Of a stretch of DNA of 64,000 nt, positions 35,633-43,255 are shown one piece after another. The notes under the pieces were generated by a model. It was not told where the DNA came from and searched no databases. It was given only the letters and a program-made list of their open reading frames with translations. How positions within the stretch are numbered: the first letter of the stretch is position 1; every line of letters begins with the position of its first letter. Position numbers and translations under genes: made by a program. The stretch is from an uncultured Acidimicrobiales bacterium (lineage in GTDB: Bacteria > Actinomycetota > Acidimicrobiia > Acidimicrobiales > SZUA-35), in contig CAKZXA010000019.1 of NCBI GenBank assembly GCA_937922045.1, positions 2,315 through 66,314 of the forward strand. The letters are read 5' to 3'.

Positions 35633-36901
35633 CTAGCGGTTGCCCAAGGGAACGTAGGCTCGCTCGCTCGGTCCGGTGTAGACCTGGCGTGGACGTGAGA
35701 TACGGGCTCCCTGTTCGATGGCTTCGTTCCAATGCGAGAGCCAGCCTGGCATACGGCCAATAGCGAACAGCACCGTGAACATGTCCATCGGGAACTTCAT
35801 TGCCTCGTAGATGAGGCCCGTGTAGAAATCGACGTTCGGATACAGGTTCCGACTCTTGAAGTAGTCGTCCTCAAGGGCGATCTCCTCCAACTTGAGCGCA
35901 ATGTCGAGCAGGGGGTTGGTTCCCGTGACCTTGAAGACCTCATCGGCGTGGTTCTTGACGATCCGGGCTCGTGGATCGTAGGCCTTGTAGACCCGGTGGC
36001 CGAAGCCCCACAACAGTTCGTCGCCGTTCTTGACCGAGTCGATGAACGCTGGAATGTTCTCGTAGCTGCCAATTTCTCGCAGCATGTGGATCACGGCCTC
36101 GTTCGCTCCGCCGTGGCGTGGCCCATACAGTCCTGCGGTGGCGGCCGAGGCGGCGCTGAACGGATCGGCATGAGCTGAACCAACAACCCGCATCGCCGTC
36201 GTCGAACAGTTCTGCTCGTGATCGGCGTGGAGGATCAAGAGTACATCGAGGGCCTTGGACAGAACCGGATCGGGTTCATAGGCCGGTTCGGCAACCCGCC
36301 ACATCATCGACAGGAAGTTCTCGGCGTAGTTCAGGTTGTTGTCGGGGTAGACGAAGGGCATGCCGATGCTGGCCCGGTAGGCCATGGCAGCGAGGGTTGG
36401 AGCCTTCGAAATCAGACGGTTGATCTGAATGAAGCGGTTTTCTCGATCCTCGATGTCCTTGGCCTCGGGGTAGAAGGTGGACAACCCGGCTATAGCCGAG
36501 ACCAGCATGCCCATCGGATGGGCGTCGTAATGAAAACCCTCGTAGAACCGCTTGCGCATGTTCTCGTGGATGAAGGTGTGGTGGGTTACGTCGTAGACCC
36601 ACTGGTCGTACTGCTCCGTCGAGGGCAGCTCGCCGTTGAGAAGGAGGTAGGCCACCTCAAGAAAGGTTGATTGCTCGGCCAGCTGCTCGATTGGGTAGCC
36701 GCGGTAGCGCAGGAAGCCTTCCGCTCCGTCTAGCTCGGTGATAGCGCTTTCGGTGGAAGCGGTGACGGTGAACCCCGGATCGAGGAACCAGACGCCCGGC
36801 ATGTTCTTCTTCCACATGCTCGAATCGACGCCACCGTTGACGATGGGGACCTCGAAGGAGTTCCCGGTTCTGTTATCGGTGATCGTTACGGAGTCTGACA
36901 C
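35633..36901 (-). CDS. gltA: citrate synthase
   Basis: LRYRGYPIEQLAE, HADHEQNCSTT and GFGHRVYK motifs. The GTG start is preceded by AGAGAGG. Confidence 0.9.
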   Translation of the reverse strand: MSDSVTITDNRTGNSFEVPIVNGGVDSSMWKKNMPGVWFLDPGFTVTASTESAITELDGAEGFLRYRGYPIEQLAEQSTFLEVAYLLLNGELPSTEQYDQWVYDVTHHTFIHENMRKRFYEGFHYDAHPMGMLVSAIAGLSTFYPEAKDIEDRENRFIQINRLISKAPTLAAMAYRASIGMPFVYPDNNLNYAENFLSMMWRVAEPAYEPDPVLSKALDVLLILHADHEQNCSTTAMRVVGSAHADPFSAASAATAGLYGPRHGGANEAVIHMLREIGSYENIPAFIDSVKNGDELLWGFGHRVYKAYDPRARIVKNHADEVFKVTGTNPLLDIALKLEEIALEDDYFKSRNLYPNVDFYTGLIYEAMKFPMDMFTVLFAIGRMPGWLSHWNEAIEQGARISRPRQVYTGPSERAYVPLGNR

Positions 36902-37206
36902 AGTGAGCCTCTCTTATGGATGTTCGCGGATCCGCTCTAAACAACACGCCATTGTGTCTGGAGCGGTCATCACTTCTATCGAAACGAAACACCGGGTGGT
37001 CTGAACCCCATTGTTCACGGCGGCCACGCGGCATATGTTGGTGTTTCGCCAGCTTTTGCTGGCGCCTGACGGTCGATGCGAACCAGGTGGTTCGGCTACC
37101 GACTGGTTATCAACTGCTCAAGGCTGAATCTAGCGCGATCAGCCGTGCTCGTCATCATCGCACTTTACATTTCGTTCGACGCCCGGCTTACGGCATGCTG
37201 GATGAT

Positions 37207-38547
37207 CTACAGCGGACTGTTGTCGTGACGCCGAGGCCGAAGTCGTTCTCGCTTGGTTATGAGCATCGTTAGGGCAGAACAGACGGTCGATCTTGTCTCC
37301 GCTGGGGTGATGATGGCATTGATCGACTGACGCTCAGCGGCTGGGTAAGGGGTAAGGTGTGTGGCTTCGTAGTCGGCCTGGAGCCGCTCTCGCTCTTCGG
37401 GTGTTTCGGTTCGGTGGAGAATCTCAACCGCTCCCTTGGCGCCCATGACGGCCACCTCGGCGCTGGGCCATGCCAGCATCAGGTCGTTGCCCATGTTTTT
37501 CGAGTCCATCACGATGTAGGCGCCGCCGTACGACTTGCGCAGGATCAAACCGATGCGAGGCACGGTTGCCCGGGCGTAGGCGAAGGCCATCTGGGCGCCG
37601 TGGCGAATCATTCCCCGCCACTCCAGGTCTTTGCCGGGGAGAAAGCCCGAGGTGTCGACCAGGGTTAGCAGCGGGATGTTGAAGGCATCGCAGAAGCCCA
37701 CGAATCGCCCGCCCTTTTGGGCTGCTGGGATATCGATGCTTCCGGCCAGGGCCTGGGTTTGGTTGGCGACGATCCCGGTCGGGATGCCACCAAACGAGCA
37801 GAAGCCGGTGACGAGGTTGGGAGCCCAGCCGGCTCGCAGCTCAAAGAACTCGCCGTCGTCGCAGAGAGCGACGACGACATCTCGAACGTCGTAGGAGCCC
37901 TGCGCTCCGCTCGGAAGGAGTTCCCCTGCCTCGCTGCTGTCCCTAGCAACCGGGTCGTTGGTCGGAACCTCGGGTGGCAGACTTTCGACACTGTCGGGAA
38001 GATACGCCAGAAGCTCGCCGATGACGTCGAGGGCGTCGTCCACATCCTCGGCCACGAGGGAGGCCAGCCCAGTCGATCGGAGGTGGGAGCCGAGCCCACC
38101 GAGTTCATCGGCAGTAACCGGCACCCCGGTGTAAGCCTCGACACTTGTCGGGCCCGTCACGAAGGTGTAGGCCCCTTCGGTGAACACCACGACATCGACG
38201 AGGCCCAGCAGTAGGGCGGGTCCGGATACGACGGGGCCTGACACGATGGCTAAGGTCGGGATGACACCGCTGGCCATCGAAAGCTCTCGGGCCGCTGATC
38301 CCCAGGCGCCTGAGGCGCCGATACCGTCTTCGGCCGCAACGCCGACGGTCTCGATGCAGAGTACGAGCGGAATGCGTTGCTGTGCCGCTGAGCGTACGGC
38401 AGCAGCCAGAGTGGTCCCGTCAGCTGCACGGAGCGACGGTGGGCCGTCGGGGGACTCGATCCGAGCGAACAAGACACGTCGGCCGTCCAGAAAAACGGTG
38501 CGCGTGCTGACAACCGGAGCTGAGTGACTGCGTAGGTTAACGCTCAT
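37207..38547 (-). CDS. acyl-CoA carboxylase carboxyltransferase (beta) subunit-like protein
   Basis: Carboxyl-transferase motifs are present (GVIPTLAIVSGP, FCDAFNIPLLTLVDTSGFLPG, SYGGAYIVM). Start placed at ATG 38547, giving about 446 aa. Confidence 0.8.
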   Translation of the reverse strand: MSVNLRSHSAPVVSTRTVFLDGRRVLFARIESPDGPPSLRAADGTTLAAAVRSAAQQRIPLVLCIETVGVAAEDGIGASGAWGSAARELSMASGVIPTLAIVSGPVVSGPALLLGLVDVVVFTEGAYTFVTGPTSVEAYTGVPVTADELGGLGSHLRSTGLASLVAEDVDDALDVIGELLAYLPDSVESLPPEVPTNDPVARDSSEAGELLPSGAQGSYDVRDVVVALCDDGEFFELRAGWAPNLVTGFCSFGGIPTGIVANQTQALAGSIDIPAAQKGGRFVGFCDAFNIPLLTLVDTSGFLPGKDLEWRGMIRHGAQMAFAYARATVPRIGLILRKSYGGAYIVMDSKNMGNDLMLAWPSAEVAVMGAKGAVEILHRTETPEERERLQADYEATHLTPYPAAERQSINAIITPAETRSTVCSALTMLITKRERLRPRRHDNSPL

Positions 38548-38656
38548 TCTCAACCTCTGTTGTCGTGGATTTCGACCCTGACGACACAGCGCCAGCAAGC
38601 GGCCAGGGCGAAACGAAAAGGACGGGTATCGATCGAGCTGATGGTACCAACCGCAT

Positions 38657-39574
38657 CTACGATCCGAGCAGGTGGATTCCAGGCATCTCCGAAGCCTGGG
38701 TTTCGATCACGCTCTTGAGCGTCGACACGGTGGCCTGAGCAGCGACGGTTGGAATGCCGCGTCGACGCGCCGCCAGTCCAACGGTTCGCCGGGAGAGGCC
38801 ATCGATCTGGATTCGGGTCCAGTCGCCGCCGATCCAGCCGGGCGCGGCGGTCGCCGGGACGATCGCAATGCCGTAGCCCTGGAAGGCAAGAGAGGCGAGA
38901 AGTCGGAGCCCGTCGATCTCGACGTGGGCCTTTGGTCGAAGCCCACGCTGACGGAAGGCCTCGTCGATCTCTTGGCGAAACGGTGTGCCGGGAGCAGCGA
39001 GCATGAGTTCGTACTTGGCCAGTTCGGACAGATCGACCGGCCCTTCGATTTGGGCTAGCGGGTGATTATCTGGGCCGACCACGATGTGGTCCTCATCGAA
39101 CAGGGCTGTGGTGCGAATCTCAGGATCGTCGACCGGTAGGCCAACAATCCCAACGTCGAGTTCGCCATCGAGGAGGCGAAGCTCGATCGACCTAGTCGTG
39201 CCGTCGGCGACGACGAGTTTGATCTCGGGCGCCTCAGCAGCGAGAGCCTCGACGAGTAGGGGAGTGAGCCATCGTGCCGTCGTGCCGATGATGCCGATCC
39301 GCACCGTGCCCCGAGGTGAACCCCTCAGAGAGGAAACATCGGCCTGAAGTGAGGCCAGTTCGGTTTGGATGCGTCGCACCCGCGTGAGCACGGCCTCGCC
39401 TTCTTCGGTGGCACGGCCCGTCGAGCGATCGATGAGGGTGGTGTCTAGTTCTCGTTCGAGGCGCGCCACGTGAGTCGAGATATTCGACTGTACGGTGTGG
39501 GTTGCGCGGGCTGCAGCCGTGAACCCGCCGTGCTCAACGACGGCGAGGAAGGCTTGGAGTTGTCGGAGATCCAT
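38657..39574 (-). CDS. LysR family transcriptional regulator
   Basis: MDLRQLQAFLAVVEHGGFTAAARATHTVQSNISTHVARLE is a typical LTTR HTH. The start is 39574 or 39592. Confidence 0.85.
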   Translation of the reverse strand: MDLRQLQAFLAVVEHGGFTAAARATHTVQSNISTHVARLERELDTTLIDRSTGRATEEGEAVLTRVRRIQTELASLQADVSSLRGSPRGTVRIGIIGTTARWLTPLLVEALAAEAPEIKLVVADGTTRSIELRLLDGELDVGIVGLPVDDPEIRTTALFDEDHIVVGPDNHPLAQIEGPVDLSELAKYELMLAAPGTPFRQEIDEAFRQRGLRPKAHVEIDGLRLLASLAFQGYGIAIVPATAAPGWIGGDWTRIQIDGLSRRTVGLAARRRGIPTVAAQATVSTLKSVIETQASEMPGIHLLGS

Positions 39575-39620
39575 CACCAATGATGATGGCATGAATCTGT
39601 CCCGGATGCATCTCTTAGAC

Positions 39621-39635
39621 GAATAGAAACTATCT
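39621..39635. promoter_or_regulatory. imperfect 15-bp dyad GAATAG-AAA-CTATCT (core ATAGAAACTAT); candidate LysR-type binding site
   Basis: Read directly. It sits between the lysR start and the candidate sRNA promoter, about 50-60 nt upstream of the predicted sRNA start. Confidence 0.3.
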
Positions 39636-39682
39636 TTCCAAACCGATCGCAGATGGCCGGTTGTGATGCTATTATGAACACA

Positions 39683-39801
39683 GTCGAAACAGTCTGGTTC
39701 CCCCTCCAGCATTAGTTTCGAAAGTCTCGGGCCTCACCCCCCTCTGGCCCGGACTACTTACATCAGAAACCGGTCGCTAAGGCGGCCGGTTTCTTCTTTT
39801 T
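39683..39801 (+). ncRNA. candidate 6C-like small RNA (two hairpins with C-rich loops plus intrinsic terminator)
   Basis: - Extended -10 TGCTATTAT at 39667-39675.
- Hairpin 1 at 39684-39721: outer stem TCGAAAC/GTTTCGA, inner stem CTGG/CCAG, loop TTCCCCCT.
- Hairpin 2 at 39727-39752: stem CGGGCC/GGCCCG, loop TCACCCCCCTCT.
- Terminator at 39767-39801: 11-bp stem, UAAG loop, then CTTCTTTTT.
- The exact 5' end is not determined. Confidence 0.55.
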
Positions 39802-39901
39802 GTCGGTGCGCACTGCAAGACTGCAGCAGACAGGAGGACGATGGCGGCTGGCCGATCCGGTGGCAGCCGCCGACCATTGTTACCCGATGCGAATGGTGAG
39901 C

Positions 39902-39929
39902 GATCCGCACGGTTTCAGCCGTGCGGATC
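39902..39929 (-). terminator. perfect 11-bp stem hairpin downstream of the aconitase stop (no U-tract)
   Basis: GATCCGCACGG-TTTCAG-CCGTGCGGATC lies 53-80 nt downstream of the acn stop on the minus strand. Confidence 0.5.
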
Positions 39930-39981
39930 TTGACCGCCTACGGGCGATGATGAACCGCCATTCGCTGCGACGTCGAAACGA

Positions 39982-42279
39982 CTAGCGGCCAGCCTCGACC
40001 TGGCGACGGATGACGGCGAGCGCCGATCCGGCCTTAAACCATTCGATCTGGTCGTCGCTCATCGTGTGATTGCCTTCGAACGTCCAGGTCTCACCAGCCG
40101 GGTTGGTCACCGTAACGGTCACCGTGCTGCCCGGTGTGAGCTGGGCCAGGCCTTGAGTGCCGAGACGATCATCCTCGCCAATGCGGTCGTAGGCGGTCGG
40201 ATCGGCGAACGTCAACGGCAGAACACCCTGCTTCTTCAGGTTGGTCTCGTGAATACGGGCGAACGAGCGGGCCAGGATAAGCACACCGCCCCGGAAGCGT
40301 GGTTCCATCGCCGCGTGCTCTCGAGAGGAGCCTTCACCCATGTTTTCGTCACCGATGGCAACCCAGGCCTGGCCAGCCTCGTGGTATGCCTTGGCGATGT
40401 CGGGGAAACTCATCATTTCGCCGTTGAGCTGGTTGCGGCCCTGGCCGACGATGCCGTCGTTGAAGGCGCTGACCGCTCCCATGTAGAGGTTGCCCGAAAT
40501 GTTCTCTAGATGGCCTCGATACTTGAGCCAGGGGCCGGCCATCGAGATGTGGTCGGTCGTGAACTTGCCTTGGGCCTTGACGAGCACCGGAAGATCGGCA
40601 AAGTCGTTGCCGTCCCAGGCATCGAACGGCTGGAGCAGTTGAAGCCGGTCCGACGTCGGCGAGATTTTCACCTCGATACTTGAACCGTCGGCTGGAGGCG
40701 GAAGGAAGCCGTCTTCGCCTTCGTCGAATCCTCGCGGCGGCAGTTCGATGCCGACGGGAACATCGAGACGAACCTCGGTTCCATCCGGAGCGGTCAGCGA
40801 ATCGGTAAGCGGGTCGAAGTCGACCCGGCCAGCGAGGGCTAGTCCCATCACGGTCTCCGGCGACGTGACGAAGGCGAGGGTGGCGGGATCGCCATCGTTG
40901 CGCTTCGGAAAGTTGCGGTTGTAGGAGGTGACGATCACGTTGGGCTCGCCAGCGGTGTGACCCGTCTCTTCGCTTCGGTCCCATTGGCCGATGCAAGGTC
41001 CACAAGCATTGGCGAGAACGACGCCACCGATGGCTTCCAAATCGGCCAGTAGGCCGTCGCGTTCGATGGTGGCTCGAACCTGTTCGGAACCCGGGGTGAT
41101 CATGAGCTTGGTTTTGGCCTTGAGCCCGGCAGCCGAGGCCTGGCGGGCGATCGAGGCCGCCCGGGTGATGTCCTCGTAGGAGGAGTTGGTGCACGAGCCG
41201 ATGAGGGCGGCCGAGATCTCTAGCGGCCAGCCGTTGGCCTCTGCTTCGGCTCCCAATGCCGATACTTCGCGAGCGAGGTCTGGGGTGTGGGGTCCGTTGA
41301 TATGAGGACGAAGGGTTGAGAGGTCGATCTCGATGACCTGGTCGTAGTAGTCGCCTGGGTTGGCCAGCACTTCGTCGTCGGCCCGAAGGTGATGAGCGAC
41401 GGCGTCGGCCGCGTCGGCGGTGGCCTCACGGCCCGTCGACTTCAGGTAGCGAGCCATGGCATCGTCGTAGCCGAAGATCGACGTTGTGGCGCCGATCTCG
41501 GCCCCCATGTTGCAGATGGTGGACTTGCCGGTGCAGCTGAGGCTGTTCGCACCTGAACCGAAGTATTCGACGATGGCGCCCGTGCCACCCTTCACGGTGA
41601 GAATCTCAGCCACCTTCAAGATGACGTCCTTCGGAGCGGCCCAGCCCGAGAGCTCGCCGGTGAGGTGAATGCCGATCAGCTTGGGCCAGCGCACGTTCCA
41701 GGGGAAGCCGGTCATGACGTCGACGGCGTCGGCGCCACCGACGCCGATGGCAACGATGCCGAGGCCGCCAGCGTTGGGGGTGTGACTGTCGGTGCCGATC
41801 ATCATGCCGCCCGGGAAGGCGTAGTTTTCGAGCACAACCTGGTGGATGATGCCGCTTCCTGGCTTCCAGAAGCCGCCGCCGTACTTGGCGCTGACCGATT
41901 CAAGGAAATCGTAGACCTCGGCGTTGCCGTCCACGGCGGCCATGAGATCGAGCTTGCCCTCGACGCGAGCCTGAATCAGATGGTCGCAGTGGGTGGTGGT
42001 CGGCACTGCAACCTCGCTCAGGCCCGCAGTTTGAAACTGGAGCCAGGCCATTTGAGCCGTTGCGTCCTGCATCGCTACCCGATCGGGGCGGAAGTCGACG
42101 TAGCTGACGCCACGTTCGGTCTCGGCGTCGGCCTGGTCGAGGTGGTTGGCCAAGATCTTTTCGGCCAAGGTCAGGGCGCGGCCTTGTTTCGTTCGGAAGG
42201 CGCCGACGCGCTCATCAAGGGTGGCGTACACCTTGTTGATCAGTTCGATCGGTGTTTCGGGTCCTACGTTTGTGCTCAT
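39982..42279 (-). CDS. acn: aconitate hydratase, mitochondrial-type (about 765 aa)
   Basis: Carries [64 protein letters not shown] and [14 protein letters not shown]. The start is placed at ATG 42279, preceded by GGGAG. The raw ORF's extra 32 aa translate an upstream tandem repeat. Confidence 0.95.
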   Translation of the reverse strand: MSTNVGPETPIELINKVYATLDERVGAFRTKQGRALTLAEKILANHLDQADAETERGVSYVDFRPDRVAMQDATAQMAWLQFQTAGLSEVAVPTTTHCDHLIQARVEGKLDLMAAVDGNAEVYDFLESVSAKYGGGFWKPGSGIIHQVVLENYAFPGGMMIGTDSHTPNAGGLGIVAIGVGGADAVDVMTGFPWNVRWPKLIGIHLTGELSGWAAPKDVILKVAEILTVKGGTGAIVEYFGSGANSLSCTGKSTICNMGAEIGATTSIFGYDDAMARYLKSTGREATADAADAVAHHLRADDEVLANPGDYYDQVIEIDLSTLRPHINGPHTPDLAREVSALGAEAEANGWPLEISAALIGSCTNSSYEDITRAASIARQASAAGLKAKTKLMITPGSEQVRATIERDGLLADLEAIGGVVLANACGPCIGQWDRSEETGHTAGEPNVIVTSYNRNFPKRNDGDPATLAFVTSPETVMGLALAGRVDFDPLTDSLTAPDGTEVRLDVPVGIELPPRGFDEGEDGFLPPPADGSSIEVKISPTSDRLQLLQPFDAWDGNDFADLPVLVKAQGKFTTDHISMAGPWLKYRGHLENISGNLYMGAVSAFNDGIVGQGRNQLNGEMMSFPDIAKAYHEAGQAWVAIGDENMGEGSSREHAAMEPRFRGGVLILARSFARIHETNLKKQGVLPLTFADPTAYDRIGEDDRLGTQGLAQLTPGSTVTVTVTNPAGETWTFEGNHTMSDDQIEWFKAGSALAVIRRQVEAGR

Positions 42280-42328
42280 GGCTGCTCCCTTTGACTGCCT
42301 TTTGACTACTGCCTTGACCGGCTGCGCT

Positions 42329-42358
42329 TCGTTGTCACATGGTTCGTTGTCACATGGT
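42329..42358. repeat. perfect 2 x 15-bp tandem repeat (TCGTTGTCACATGGT) in the acn-gntR intergenic region
   Basis: Read directly. Each unit contains GTCACA. Confidence 0.95.
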
Positions 42359-42359
42359 C

Positions 42360-42378
42360 TAGTTGTATGATACAACTA
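42360..42378. promoter_or_regulatory. perfect 19-bp palindrome TAGTTGTAT-G-ATACAACTA; candidate GntR(HutC)-type operator
   Basis: Read directly. It fits the general GntR operator form (N)yGT(N)xAC(N)y and lies between divergent acn and gntR. Confidence 0.5.
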
Positions 42379-42462
42379 TAAGACAAGTAATGCGTACCCG
42401 GATGGTGACATTTGTAACCAACCGCCCCAGAGACTAATCCATCACCGAACGAACATGAACCG

Positions 42463-43203
42463 ATGAGAACGATTCGATACAAACAGATCGCCGAAGAGAT
42501 CCGATCGGCGATCCTTGGCGGCGAACTCGCGGCCGGAACGCTGCTGCCGAGCGAGGCATCACTCGGCGTCGACCATGGAGTGTCCCGAGTCACCATTCGC
42601 AAGGCGCTCGAGGTGTTGCGAGACGAAGGACTGATCGAGTCTCGCCAAGGCTACGGCTGGATGGTTTCGTCGGTACCGGTGGCTCAGTCGCTAGCCACGC
42701 TGGTCTCGATCGAACGCCAGCTAGCCGACTCGGGAAGATCCTCGGAACGAAAAATCCTCGACTTCCAGTTCCTTGACGCCCCGTCGAAGCTAGCGGGACT
42801 GCTCGGAGATCGAGTACTCGAGGTGCGGCGCCTCAACCGGGCCGACGGTGAACCTTTCGCCCGCGTCACCGTCTGGTGCCGTGAAGATTTGGGGGCCAAT
42901 GTGTCGAAGGCCGACGTCACGCGGGCGAGCTTTTACGAACTGCTTCCGGGCATGGCCGAGCGCGCTAGTCAGACGATTGGTGCCGAGCTGGCTGAGGCCG
43001 CTGATGCCGCCCTTCTTGAGGTACCGAAGAACAGCGCCATGCTCATGGTGCGGCGGACCAGCTATGGGGCGAACGGCAGGGCCGTGCTGATGTCCGAACA
43101 TGCCTTTCCTGGACACCTGACGCAATTCGTGGCCGAACTTACCCGCGTCGACGCTGTCGCCGATGAGCCACCCGCGGGATTCCGCCTCGTCGACGAGGCC
43201 TGA
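42463..43203 (+). CDS. GntR family transcriptional regulator (HutC subfamily, UTRA effector domain)
   Basis: The N-terminal winged HTH is YKQIAEEIRSAILGGELAAGTLLPSEASLGVDHGVSRVTIRKALEVLRDEGLIESRQGYGWMV. At about 245 aa, the length is typical of the HutC type. Confidence 0.9.
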   Translation: MRTIRYKQIAEEIRSAILGGELAAGTLLPSEASLGVDHGVSRVTIRKALEVLRDEGLIESRQGYGWMVSSVPVAQSLATLVSIERQLADSGRSSERKILDFQFLDAPSKLAGLLGDRVLEVRRLNRADGEPFARVTVWCREDLGANVSKADVTRASFYELLPGMAERASQTIGAELAEAADAALLEVPKNSAMLMVRRTSYGANGRAVLMSEHAFPGHLTQFVAELTRVDAVADEPPAGFRLVDEA

Positions 43204-43255
43204 GGCAATACCTCACAAACCGGGCCCCGATGCCGATCCGCAGTGAGTACTCGCC

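Noticed and set aside
36916-37272. 118-aa plus-strand ORF in the gltA upstream region
   Set aside because: It has an implausible Cys/Arg/Trp-rich composition and no ribosome-binding site, and it runs into the carboxyltransferase 3' end on the opposite strand.
39800-39985. 61-aa plus-strand ORF between the sRNA terminator and the aconitase stop
   Set aside because: It has a non-ATG start, no Shine-Dalgarno and an Arg-rich translation. It begins at the last bases of the sRNA terminator (39800-39801) and overlaps the acn stop. The region more plausibly holds the acn 3' hairpin (39902-39929).
42280-42375. N-terminal 32-aa extension of the aconitase ORF ([19 protein letters not shown]...)
   Set aside because: The [10 protein letters not shown] duplication is simply the translation of the intergenic 15-bp tandem repeat. 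ATG 42279 has a GGGAG ribosome-binding site and aligns with the start of conserved aconitase sequence.
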